From: Chrysomallon squamiferum
Lineage: Eukaryota; Animalia; Mollusca
NCBI GenBank assembly: GCA_012295275.1
Contig: CM022668.1
Coordinates: 2,046,001 to 2,110,000, forward strand
Length of the DNA: 64,000 nucleotides
Direction: 5' to 3'
This document shows, piece by piece, positions 12,570 through 24,824 of the stretch; the stretch's first letter is position 1; each line of letters begins with the position of its first letter. The notes under the pieces are model-generated. The model did no database searches and was not told where the DNA came from. It was given only the letters and a program-made list of their open reading frames with translations. Made by a program: the position numbers and the translations under genes.

Positions 12570-15500
12570 GAAAAAGGTACCCTAGCATTTTCAACGAAAC
12601 TTGAAAAAATTCGATTTTCAAAAGTTGAAAATCCGTGTGGCACTTTTCCGTTTGGTCGGGAAAAATATTTCGACGTGTGCAAAAGGTGCGCGCCGTCGGG
12701 GCGAGTGTGGCAAAAACGTTTCCAACATTTACCAAAGGTGCTGCACCTTTTGAAAATGCGTTTGAAATAAAAACGAGCAAATTTTCAAAAACATGTGCGT
12801 TTTTTGTGCACGTGTCGGAAACGAGTTGTTCCCCTTGGGTGGGGCGTGCGGCACTTTTGACCCGTGTGGGGCAACCCTTGCCCCACTTTTGGGTATGTGC
12901 GCCCGATTTTTCCAACGTGCTCGGAAAAAGTTATTGCACTTTGAAAAAGGTACCCTAGCATTTTCAACGAAACTTGAAAAAATTCGATTTTCAAAAGTTG
13001 AAAATCCGTGTGGCACTTTTCCGTTTGGTCGGGAAAAATATTTCGACGTGTGCAAAAGGTGCGCGCCGTCGGGGCGAGTGTGGCAAAACGTTTCCAACAT
13101 TTACCAAAGGTGCTGCACCTTTTGAAAATGCGTTTGAAAAAAAAACGAGCAAATTTTCAAAAACATGTGCGTTTTTTGTGCACGTGTCGGAAACGAGTTG
13201 TTCCCCTTGGGTGGGGCGTGCGGCACTTTTGACCCGTGTGGGGCAACCCTTGCCCCACTTTTGGGTATGTGCGCCCGATTTTTCCCACGTGCTCGGAAAA
13301 AGTTATTGCACTTTGAAAAAGGTACCCCTAGCATTTTCAACGAAACTTGAAAAAATTCGATTTTCAAAAGTTGAAAATCCGTGTGGCACTTTTCCGTTTG
13401 GTCGGGAAAAATATTTCGACGTGTGCAAAAGGTGCGCGCCGTCGGGGCGAGTGTGGCAAACACGTTTCCAACATTTTCCAAAGGTGCTGCACCTTTTGAA
13501 AATGCGTTTGAAAAAAAAACGAGCAAATTTTCAAAAACATGTGCGTTTTTTGTGCACGTGTCGGAAACGAGTTGTTCCCCTTGGGTGGGGCGTGCGGCAC
13601 TTTTGACCCGTGTGGGGCAACCCTTGCCCCACTTTTGGGTATGTGCGCCCGATTTTTCCAACGTGCTCGGAAAAAGTTATTGCACTTTGAAAAAGGTACC
13701 CCTAGCATTTTCAACGAAACTTGAAAAAATTCGATTTTCAAAAGTTGAAAATCCGTGTGGCACTTTTCCGTTTGGTCGGGAAAAATATTTCGACGTGTGC
13801 AAAAGGTGCGCGCCGTCGGGGCGAGTGTGGCGAAAACGTTTCCAACATTTACCAAAGGTGCTGCACCTTTTGAAAATGCGTTTGAAATAAAAACGAGCAA
13901 ATTTTCAAAACATGTGCGTTTTTTGTCCACGTGTCGGAAACGAGTTGTTCCCCTTGGGTGGGGCGTGCGGCACTTTTGACCCGTGTGGGGCAACCCTTGC
14001 CCCACTTTTGGGTATGTGCGCCCGATTTTTCCAACGTGCTCGGAAAAAGTTATTGCACTTTGAAAAAGGTACCCCTAGCATTTTCAACGAAACTTGAAAA
14101 AATTCGATTTTCAAAAGTTGAAAATCCGTGTGGCACTATTCCGTTTGGTCGGGAAAAATATTTCGACGTGTGCAAAAGGTGCGCGCCGTCGGGGCGAGTG
14201 TGGCGAAAACGTTTCCAACATTTACCAAAGGTGCTGCACCTTTTGAAAATGCGTTTGAAAAAAAACGAGCAAATTTTCAAAAACATGTGCGTTTTTTGTG
14301 CACGTGTCGGAAACGAGTTGTTCCCCTTGGGTGGGGCGTGCGGCACTTTTGACCCGTGTGGGGCAACCCTTGCCCCACTTTTGGGTATGTGCGCCCGATT
14401 TTTCCAACGTGCTCGGAAAAAGTTATTGCACTTTGAAAAAGGTACCCCTAGCATTTTCAACGAAACTTGAAAAAATTCGATTTTCAAAAGTTGAAAATCC
14501 GTGTGGCACTTTTCCGTTTGGTCGGGAAAAATATTTCGACGTGTGCAAAAGGTGCGCGCCGTCGGGGCGAGTGTGGCAAAAACGTTTCCAACATTTACCA
14601 AAGGTGCTGCACCTTTTGAAAATGCGTTTGAAAAAAAACGAGCAAATTTTCAAAAACGTGCGTTTTTTGTGCACGTGTCGGAAACGAGTTGTTCCCCTTG
14701 GGTGGGGCGTGCGGCACTTTTGACCCGTGTGGGGCAACCCTTGCCCCACTTTTGGGTATGTGCGCCCGATTTTTCCCACGTGCTCGGAAAAAGTTATTGC
14801 ACTTTGAAAAAGGTACCCTAGCATTTTCAACGAAACTTGAAAAAATTCGATTTTCAAAAGTTGAAAATCCGTGTGGCACTATTCCGTTTGGTCGGGAAAA
14901 ATATTTCGACGTGTGCAAAAGGTGCGCGCCGTCGGGGCGAGTGTGGCGAACACGTTTCCAACATTTACCAAAGGTGCTGCACCTTTGAAAATGCGTTTGA
15001 AAAAAAAACGAGCAAATTTTCAAAACGTGCGTTTTTTGTGCACGTGTCGGAAACGAGTTGTTCCCCTTGGGTGGGGCGTGCGGCACTTTTGACCCGTGTG
15101 GGGCAACCCTTGCCCCACTTTTGGGTATGTGCGCCCGATTTTTCCCACGTGCTCGGAAAAAGTTATTGCACTTTGAAAAAGGTACCCCTAGCATTTTCAA
15201 CGAAACTTGAAAAAATTCGATTTTCAAAAGTTGAAAATCCGTGTGGCACTATTCCGTTTGGTCGGGAAAAATATTTCGACGTGTGCAAAAGGTGCGCGCC
15301 GTCGGGGCGTGTGTGGCGAACACGTTTCCAACATTTACCAAAGGTGCTGCACCTTTTGAAAATGCGTTTGAAAAAAAAACGAGCAAATTTTCAAAAACAT
15401 GTGCGTTTTTTGTGCACGTGTCGGAAACGAGTTGTTCCCCTTGGGTGGGGCGTGCGGCACTTTTGACCCGTGTGGGGCAACCCTTGCCCCACTTTTGGGT

Positions 15501-16450
15501 ATGTGCGCCCGATTTTTCCCACGTGCTCGGAAAAAGTTATTGCACTTTGAAAAGGTACCCCTAGCATTTTCAACGAAACTTGAAAAAATTCGATTTTCAA
15601 AAGTTGAAAATCCGTGTGGCACTATTCCGTTTGGTCGGGAAAAATATTTCGACGTGTGCAAAAGGTGCGCGCCGTCGGGGCGAGTGTGGCAAAAACGTTT
15701 CCAACATTTACCAAAGGTGCTGCACCTTTTGAAAATGCGTTTGAAAAAAAAACGAGCAAATTTTCAAAAACATGTGCGTTTTTTGTGCACGTGTCGGAAA
15801 CGAGTTGTTCCCCTTGGGTGGGTCGTGCGGCACTTTTGACCCGTGTGGGGCAACCCTTGCCCCACTTTTGGGTATGTGCGCCCGATTTTTCCCACGTGCT
15901 CGGAAAAAGTTATTGCACTTTGAAAAGGTACCCCTAGCATTTTCAACGAAACTTGAAAAAATTCGATTTTCAAAAGTTGAAAATCCGTGTGGCACTATTC
16001 CGTTTGGTCGGGAAAAATATTTCGACGTGTGCAAAAGGTGCGCGCCGTCGGGGCGAGTGTGGCAAAAGCGTTTCCAACATTTGCCAATGGTGCTGCACCT
16101 TTTGAAAATGCGTTTGAAAAAAAAACGAGCAAATTTTCAAAAACATGTGCGTTTTTTGTGCACGTGTCGGAAACGAGTTGTTCCCCTTGGGTGGGGCGTG
16201 CGGCACTTTTCACCCGTGTAGGGCAACCCTTGCCCCACTTTTGGGTATGTGCGCCCGATTTTTCCCACGTGCTCGGAAAAAGTTATTGCACTTTGAAAAA
16301 GGTACCCCTAGCATTTTCAACGAAACTTGAAAAAATTCGATTTTCAAAAGTTGAAAATCCGTGTGGCACTATTCCGTTTGGTCGGGAAAAATATTTCGAC
16401 GTGTGCAAAAGGTGCGCGCCGTCGGGGCGAGTGTGGCGAAAACGTTTCCA
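12570..16450. repeat. CpG-rich ~373 bp tandem satellite, ~10.4 near-identical copies
   Basis: KpnI site GGTACC at 12576, 12949, 13321, 13695, 14068, 14441, 14812, 15181, 15554, 15927, 16301 (spacing 369-374 bp); copies differ mainly in homopolymer length and a few SNPs. Confidence 0.97.
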
Positions 16451-16854
16451 TTTAAGTAATATTCTATTTAAGATGTTAAAGTTAATTTATTAAATACTTC
16501 TTTTTCGGTATTATTGTTCATAGTAAGGTGATAGCATGTTTAGTAGCATCATGTGACAACTGCTTACAGATTAAAATTATTAATCTTAAATTTTCACAGT
16601 CTTGGTTTTACCAAGTAATACTGTTCTGAAATCATAAAAAAGTTAATTATAATTAAAATATTACCTGAGTAGGCTCCAACATTTTCCATGCATTTATAAC
16701 GCATACCAACATTCTTAAACAATCCTTCTAAAAAACACACACAAACACACACAGACACACACAACCCAAACACAACACACACACTCACACACACAACACA
16801 AACACAACACACACACACACACACAACACAAACACAACACACACACACAAACAC

Positions 16855-16983
16855 ACATGTCGGGGAACCATTGCCCCACTTTTGGGTATGTGCGCCCGAT
16901 TTTTCCCACGTGAGCAGAAAAAGTTATTGCATTTTGAAAAAGGTATCCCTAGCATTTTCAACGAAACTTGAAAAAATTCGATT
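16855..16983. repeat. Detached, diverged partial copy of the 373 bp satellite
   Basis: ttgccccacttttgggtatgtgcgcccg...aaacttgaaaaaattcgatt with several substitutions, separated from the array by ~400 bp including a CA-rich tract (16733-16857). Confidence 0.9.
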
Positions 16984-17829
16984 ATTTATTTAGTTTTTTA
17001 TTTATTTATTTTTTTTTTATTTTTTTTTTTATCCAGATCCAGCATCATCCAATTCGTCTTTCAGTTTAAGACAGGACTTATTTATCCGTGTGTGTGTTTG
17101 TGTGTGTGTCTGTGTGTGTGTGGGTGGGTGTGTGTGTGTCTGAAATTAAAAATTATAAAACATAACATCATTCTAATAAATATATAAGGTAATTGCAACG
17201 TGTTCTATTAAAATACTTAGAAAACAGCTGTGTTGGGTGCACATTTCAGCTACTAACAGTGCTGACATAATATTCAATCCCTTATTCAATCTCCTATTAC
17301 CAAACACATGCAAATTGTTGTATGATTCAAACAGATATGTACATGCTTGGTTCAGCTAAATAATCAAATATATAATAATATAATATTATGAATTTAATCG
17401 TTTATTTACTTATTTGTTTATTTTAATTGGTATAAAATAAACCTATATAATAACGGAATATATATTATTATTATTATTTTATTACTATTGTGTAAACGTG
17501 ATTAAAATCATACATTCACCCTGGAAATATTTATATATCTTACGAAAAGACCCGATACCGCCAGTTCAAAGTTTAAACAAGATACAATTTTGGCCGCTAA
17601 ATGTGTTATCTTTCTCCGTCCTTCTACAAATTAATAGTACATGTGTGATAGACTGTAACCAATATTTAAAAAATTAATGAACTACACAAACTATGTTAAC
17701 ATAGGTGTTACTTTTACTGCTGTTTACTTTACTGTAAGTATTCAAAACTTCACGATTAATTTTCTCAGAAGAAACAAAAGTGTTCTAGAAAATTTCAAAG
17801 CTTCAACCCCTTTCTTTTTGGAGTTGGTA

Positions 17830-18213
17830 TCTTCCTATCACTGAGTGTCGTCTGTCAAAATCTGTAGCAGCAAAACTGACATCACTGGCGAATAGGAGGA
17901 GAACTTTTTGCATATATTAAATTTTTCGTTTCTTAAACAAAGGTAAGAAAAATTATTTATTTATTTCTTATTATTATTATGATTATTATGATTATTATTA
18001 TTATTATTATTATTTGGTGTATTAAGATATTTTAAAATAAAATTCAGTAATTTAGGTTTTGTTCTTAATAAAATTTCTGTATATAATATTTGTGTGTTAT
18101 ACTCATTGTTAGAGTTGAGGGTGTGACTCAGTGGTCAGATGAACGTAGTGTCTGGCGATGTGTTCATCTTTCTGAAAGTCAGATCCACGATTACTTTTCA
18201 AAGACCGTGCGTG
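17830..18213 (+). other. Candidate upstream exons of the NHL/TRIM-like locus (first exon ending 17942; 101 nt exon 18113-18213)
   Basis: Donor AAG|gtaaga at 17942; ttag| acceptor at 18112 and G|gtatgt donor at 18213; the 101 nt exon is open and in phase with the 19099 exon. Confidence 0.35.
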
Positions 18214-18909
18214 GTATGTGATTATCAAAAAAAGGTAGCCCGTCTCGTTACTAGAAACAATTTCTTTTCTTCCATTATCTGTAAGTCCTTAAACATTATA
18301 AATAAAGCCATTTTACTGCAGATTACAAATGTGTTGAGTTCTCATTCGGTAGCAATGTCATTTGTTTATTATGAGATTTCTGAAACCTGACTTCATAATC
18401 ATTTCGGTGAATTCATTAATTTACTCAAGGTCACGTTTCTTTGGTTGTACACTTACGAGTTGGATAATGAACAGTGTTATGAGAAATTACTTTGCAGCAG
18501 TCATGGACATTCACTCGTGTTTTGTTTGTTTTTGTGATTTTTTCTTTGTTTATACAATTAATTAAAGCTGGCGTCATTTATTATATTAGTTCTATCTGCC
18601 CGCAGTTTGCAACAGAACTGTCGTCTTACTTCTCAAATAATGTGTGACGTCACAAGGTTAAATTAGCAAGATCGTAATGCACTTTAAGTTCTTTAATTTT
18701 ATACATAAAACAAAATAAATAAACAAACAAACATTTTACATAGTATATTTATAATATAATAGTGATATGTTTGTAAATGTATATATCTATCATTTCATTT
18801 CATTTATTTATTTATTTGTATATGCCGTTGTACGAATTATGTAGAATTAATATGGAATTTTTACCTGTGGTCAGTTGTTTTCATTTGCTGTCCTTTGTTA
18901 TTTCTAAAC

Positions 18910-18942
<33 letters not shown>

Positions 18943-19008
18943 TTAGTAAAAGTTTTATTTTTCTCTATTTTTTTTTTTTTAATTATTATTTCTGATTCTT
19001 CCACGTTG

Positions 19009-19049
<41 letters not shown>

Positions 19050-19098
19050 TTATTATTATTATTTAATATTTATTTATTTATTTATTTATTTATTTCAG

Positions 19099-20459
19099 CT
19101 AAAAAAGGAGGTCACTTTTTAATTCTGAATTCTGTTTGTGAGAGTCTCAAATCCTACAAAGAAGTTCTTCAGTCAGAGATGGATGATCAAATTGAGCAAC
19201 TTCGCCAAGCCGTCGACATCAACGTCGTGGACACCAGAGAAGAGGTCAGAAGGATTGGTGACACACTAATCACAGATTTCACAGCCGCAGTCCACAAAGA
19301 ACAAGACAGGCTAATAGGGGAAATAGAAAAATCTCAGAACTTTGTAAACTCAGAAATAGAAACAATGTACATAAACATCTGATTGAGGAAAACGAAAAAA
19401 TGATCAAACTAGGCAAAGATTTGTTACAAAAAAAATCAGAGTCAGATATAATGATAAACATGTCAAAATTCAACAAACTTCAAAACACAACTTCCGAATT
19501 TCTGTCGAACTCCCTTTCACAAAGAGGAAAAGCAGAATTCAAAATAAATCTGAGAAAATCTGATGAAAGAAAAATGTCTGTGCACATTGGAGAAATATCC
19601 ACAAACATCCAAACAGACACACTCAAACACACAGACACACAGATAAACAGACAGACAGACACACTCAAACACACAGACACCATTAACACAAAAACATAAG
19701 AAGATAAACAGAATTCTAGTATGGAATCCATTATGGTGTCAGGTGAGGACAAGAGTAAAATTGTTGTTAGTGATTTTTGGAATGTCTGTGTAAAATGTTT
19801 TTGTTTAGAAAGAAAATCACTGATAAACAGACATGTAACTTCCTGTCCACCAGTCGGTCTTGCTGAATCACGTGATCAGCAGGGGCAACGTTGTTGTTGT
19901 TGTTGCTGTGCCAGGTGAAAATAAAATACTGTTATTAAATTTGAAGAACTTCAAACTGATCAAAACAGTTCAAACTGATAAAATGTATTGGAATATCGCT
20001 GTGTTACCAGGCAACCGTCTCGTCGGTACTGGGGGTTATAGTCAGTGCTTGGACATACTGACAGACAGTGGTCAGCTCATTAATTCTATCTCAGCAGATT
20101 TGATCCCCGAACCGCACAGTCTCAGAGGTCACGGTCAATGTCTGATTGTTGTGTCAAGGAGAGAAAACAGATTATTTTGTGTGACGTCATCAGGTGACGT
20201 CAAATGGGAGTCACGTGATTCAGACAAACAGAGAGACTTGTGAGGTGTTACATGTGACAGGGAGGGAAATATTTTTGTTTGTAGTGAAAATAGAAATTGT
20301 GTTGTTCAGTTGTCACGAGATGGTAACATTACACGTGACATCCTCACTGACCAGGATGGACTGTCCAGACCTATGTCTGTCTGTTGTGATGACAACAAAT
20401 TGTACCTGGGAAACCGCAGCACCGGACAAATACAAATATTTACTTGGTGTAAAAGGTAA
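19099..20459 (+). pseudogene. TRIM-like coiled-coil plus NHL/beta-propeller protein, disrupted
   Basis: Acceptor tttcag| at 19098; coiled-coil segment (MDDQIEQLRQAVDINVVDTREEVRR...) followed by NHL-like blades (GVTCDREGNIFVCSENRNCVVQLSRDGNITRDILTDQDGLSRPMSVCCDDNKLYLG). Frameshifts near 19370 and 19890, in-frame stops at 19697 and 20241, terminal TAA 20457-20459, AATAAA near 20545. Confidence 0.75.
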
Positions 20460-20819
20460 ACTTCAAACTGTCTGCTGTTAGTTTCACTTTAACTGTTTTG
20501 AAGTTGAAAGTCGAGAGACATTTCTTTCTTTACACGAAATGATAAATAAACAGAAAATCAGCTGTTTATTTATTGTAAAGTATTAATTTTGTTCATTTGT
20601 TTACTTTATTTACTTTCTTAAATTAAATTATTTATTATTATTAATTACTGTTTCATTTCAACTTAATAAATTACAAGACAAATTTTCAAAACAAATGAAT
20701 TGTACTATGTTGTAAAATAATTAATTAGTTAATTTATTATTATTTTAAAAAAATTTATTATTTTATTTCAAAACAATCTGATTTGCTTTTGAAATTTTCA
20801 CCCAGTTTTTTTCATTTAA

Positions 20820-20874
<55 letters not shown>

Positions 20875-21049
20875 ATATATATAAATTATTCTATTATTTT
20901 GTAAAGTAGTTTATTTCAAAGAATGTTTATTTATTTACTACTACTACTACTACTACTAATAATAATAATTATTTATTTATTTATAAACACCATTCTATTA
21001 TTATAGTTAATACTACTACTACTACTACTATCACTATTGCTGTTACTAC

Positions 21050-21080
<31 letters not shown>

Positions 21081-21184
21081 TTTAATTGTTTTTGTATATT
21101 TATTTATTTATTTTCTAAATGAAAAAATATAGTATTTGCTCTTGTTCTTGTTGTTGTACTGAAAGAAAGAAAGAGGGACTCTAC

Positions 21185-21215
<31 letters not shown>

Positions 21216-21281
21216 GCAGTAACAGTAACAATGACAATAACAACAACAATATTAAGGTGATGATGATGGTGACGATGATGA

Positions 21282-21350
<69 letters not shown>

Positions 21351-22544
21351 TAATAAATAAATAAAGTTCATCCAGCTAATTTCACTTTTGTCCATTTCCA
21401 CAATAACTGAGCCATGAAGATATAACTTGGCCATGTTCCCTCATGACAAACCATTAAATAACAAAAATTTTAAAAATTTAAAAAAAAGATTGAAATAAGT
21501 TTAGTTCAGAAAAAAAAATACATTTTGAACATCATAAAGAAATTTCTCTGGAAAAAAAATACATTGATGAGTACATTCAGACAAACACACCATACCAATA
21601 AGTTCAGTCAGCACATTCTACACACCCACAGACTACCTATTAATATTCTTATGTGTATCTACATTTTTGTTTTTTCATAAAATGATCTTTTAAGTTGTCT
21701 TTTTGTGGGTTTTCACATACATTGATGTGTGTGTTTTTTTTTTTTCAGACAAAAACACTTTTTTTTTTTAATCGTGATAATGATCAAAGTATTTAATTTC
21801 TGAAAAAAAGTATAATTAAAAAAAAGGTTTGTTTTAGAAAGCATGAGTATTTATCTTTTATTTATTTAGAAAATATGTAAGGCAAAAAATTATTATTGTT
21901 ATGACAATCAATGTCTGTTTTAATTCAAATAATAATCCATTTTTAAATGATTATTGTTATCAAATGAAAATATTCTGTATTATAATATATGTAAATAAGT
22001 GAAACATATTCTTAAAAATGTCCTGTCATTTGGAAAACCCAAAGACGACATGCTGTTTTCTAGTACATGAGCCAGTCTACAGTCATGAATGAAGAAACAA
22101 AGGACAGGAATGGAAAGAGCTAATCAAGACTAACAGATGACTGAATGTACCAGTGATGCAATCTGACACTTTTAATGTGACAAACCCTAACACCAGCATA
22201 ACCTTACTTGTAACAATTAACATAAATTAAGGATTTATTTTAATTTTTGTCCTAACATCTATTATAATCTTCTCCAAGTTAATATTTTTTCAATATTTTT
22301 TTTTATTGTTTTTTTATCTTAGCAATCTTCATAAATTTTTGTATGTAAAGTCACCTGAGATAAGTAAATAATTAAATCTAAGTTAATCCAAAATTAATGA
22401 TTTAAAGATAATATTTTAAGTTTTCCTGATGCCAAATTTCTTTACCAGACTTTACTGATATTTAAATAAACTGTCTAACAAGAAAAAGGGTTTATTAATA
22501 GAAATTTTTTAAATATAAAAGGGTTTATTAATTTTTAGAAATTT

Positions 22545-23010
22545 TTTTACATCTAACATGCTAAAGTAAAATGTATAATTTCCTATCCCTATTTTGTACA
22601 TTGTTGAAATAGTTTACACACCTAAATCCATTTTTTATGTGAACATTTTACTGAGATAATCATAATTTACATCTAACATGCTAAATGTAAAATGTTTACA
22701 GATGTATTTAATATCCTCATTATTGAAGTCATGTACATTTTACTGAAATAGTCATAATTTACATCTAACATGCTAAATGTAAAATGTTTACAGATGTATT
22801 TAATATCCTCATTATTTTGAAGTCATGTGCATTTACATCATAATTTACATCTAACATGCTAAATGTAAAATGTTTACAGATGTATTTAATATCCTCATTA
22901 TTGAAGTCATGTACATTTTACTGAAATAGTCATAATTTACATCTAACATGCTAAAAGTAAAATATTTACAGATGTATTTAATATCCTCATTACTGAAGTC
23001 ATGTGCATTG
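22545..23010. repeat. ~92 bp tandem repeat, ~4-5 copies
   Basis: cataatttacatctaacatgctaaatgtaaaatgtttacagatgtatttaatatcctcatt at ~22661, 22753, 22838, 22931 plus a diverged copy at ~22545. Confidence 0.9.
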
Positions 23011-23842
23011 AGTATGAAACCCAGTTTTCACTATAGGGAGACAGAGAATATGTTAAACCTAACTCTAACAGTCTTTCAGAACAAATTAAACTGAAAGTTT
23101 GAAAATCTAGAATGGAAACACAAACAAAACCAGTTATGAGGATTGATTTATTTTTAATTCAGTAAATATTATATCTCAATGTTCTATTTACAAATAATCA
23201 TGCATTGATCAACTTTCCCTGCAAAATAAAACAAAAACATTTTCCTGAGAGTTCAATACTTAATGCCATACAATTTGTTTTATATTTTTAAAATTATAGC
23301 TGTCTTTATAGCAATATGAATATGAATGTAGTTATAATTTAAATTGTCTTTGTAAGTGTATAAACTAATGAATGTAACTATTTCTTCTAGGGGAAATACT
23401 GATTTGATTCTTTAAATGTGTACATTTGATTGATAAAAGCCATTTTGATGTAAAGATTCAGCTATAAAGAGAAAAAATATATACTAAAACGACAGTTGAA
23501 ATATCAAATAAATGTCTGGCACAAAGGTAATATATTTAATGTTTTGTAATATATGAAACCCAAATACAAATGTTTACTCTTAGAAACAGAATTCAGTTAA
23601 TCCTCTGGCAGCACAGAATGAGATGTTGAGAGAGGATTTAGATGTCATATACTTAGTACTGAGAGTTAAAACAATACAGCTGTTGTTAACACTGGTTTTA
23701 AATCAGTACAAAACAAAAACTTTAAAACTGGACTTAATTCTGCTAAGACCTGAAATCATCATAAATATTGAATCTCAGCCTGTTTTAGCTTTGTGAGAGT
23801 TGTGGCCCTTTATGTACAAAAAAAATGTGCTCTGAAGCCAGA

Positions 23843-24034
23843 TCAGACAATGAATTCATCTTCGCTCATTTCAGTTGTGTCATTAAGTCCGTTAAGAATG
23901 AGTCTGTCAACAAGAGGTAACATGTTCTCTGTGCGAGGAGGCGCACACTCCAGTTCTTTGATCTTCTTGTCACGAGAACTGATTTCTGAACGTAAACATT
24001 CTATCTGCTTCTTCAAAACACTCTCTGCAGTATC
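23843..24034 (-). CDS. PDZ-domain scaffold-like protein, last coding exon (coiled coil, ends ...SEDEFIV*)
   Basis: cag| acceptor at 24035, phase 0, 192 nt: DTAESVLKKQIECLRSEISSRDKKIKELE... Confidence 0.85.
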   Translation of the reverse strand, partial: DTAESVLKKQIECLRSEISSRDKKIKELECAPPRTENMLPLVDRLILNGLNDTTEMSEDEFIV

Positions 24035-24351
24035 CTGAATAACAACAACAGTTAACTGACATAACAATAACATCAATGATTCTGAAAAGCTAAAGAAAAT
24101 AGATATATATATAATAATGAAATTATATTAAAAAATTACTTGTTTTGTTTTCTGCTTTCAATTAACACTTTACCCTGTTCATAAATCTTAAATGAAACAA
24201 GTGTTTTATAGAAATTAATATTCAAAAAATTAATTTGAACGGAAAATATAAAAAGTACTTATAAAAAAAACACTGTCTAGTTTATTAATATATATTTCTG
24301 GTTTTGTTTGTTAAATATCCAGGGAGAAAGAAGAAAAGAATAGTAACATAC

Positions 24352-24465
24352 ACTTTCACAGGTTTCTTTTAGTCTTGCTACTGTTAGAGTTATCTCTCCC
24401 TGAATAATATCCAGAGATTTCTGAATGATGTTTGCTTCAGCACCTAAAATCATTCTCCCATTCAT
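24352..24465 (-). CDS. PDZ-domain scaffold-like protein, exon encoding the PDZ C-terminal half
   Basis: 114 nt, phase 0-0, cag| and |gtatgt; spliced GDLLVE|MNGRMILGAEANIIQKSLDIIQGEITLTVAR matches the PDZ GD.hh.hNG...h.L.V.R signature. Confidence 0.88.
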
Positions 24466-24824
24466 CTGAAATGATCAAAGTGGTAAGTGTGTTATTTAAT
24501 TTTACAAGTTTAATTTTTGATTATTGTTTAATTAGAAACAGAACTTGATAATCTTAGCTGTTCAGATGAGAGAAATGACTAAAGTGACACACAAATCTAA
24601 AATCAGTTACAATTTAATACATTTAATTATTATAAAAAAAAAAAAAAAAACATAAATAAAACAACAGCAATAACATAAACAACTAGTATAATTTAAAACT
24701 GGAGTAATTATAAATAAATAAAGAATTTAAAAAAAAGAGTAAATTAAGAAACATAGTAAAATAAAATGAAATAAAATAAAAGCAAGAAAATCGAAGTTAA
24801 ATATTTATGTTAAATTGAGCAAAC

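Noticed and set aside
12570-16500. Dozens of overlapping ORFs in all six frames; possible 5S rDNA/tRNA tandem array
   Set aside because: Satellite-derived; frames break at homopolymer indels; no 5S, tRNA or snRNA consensus recognised in the unit
18117-18175. tRNA/SINE-like start (gagggtgtgactcagtggtcaga resembles an A box)
   Set aside because: No convincing B box (GTTCRA) or cloverleaf downstream; better explained as an exon or chance
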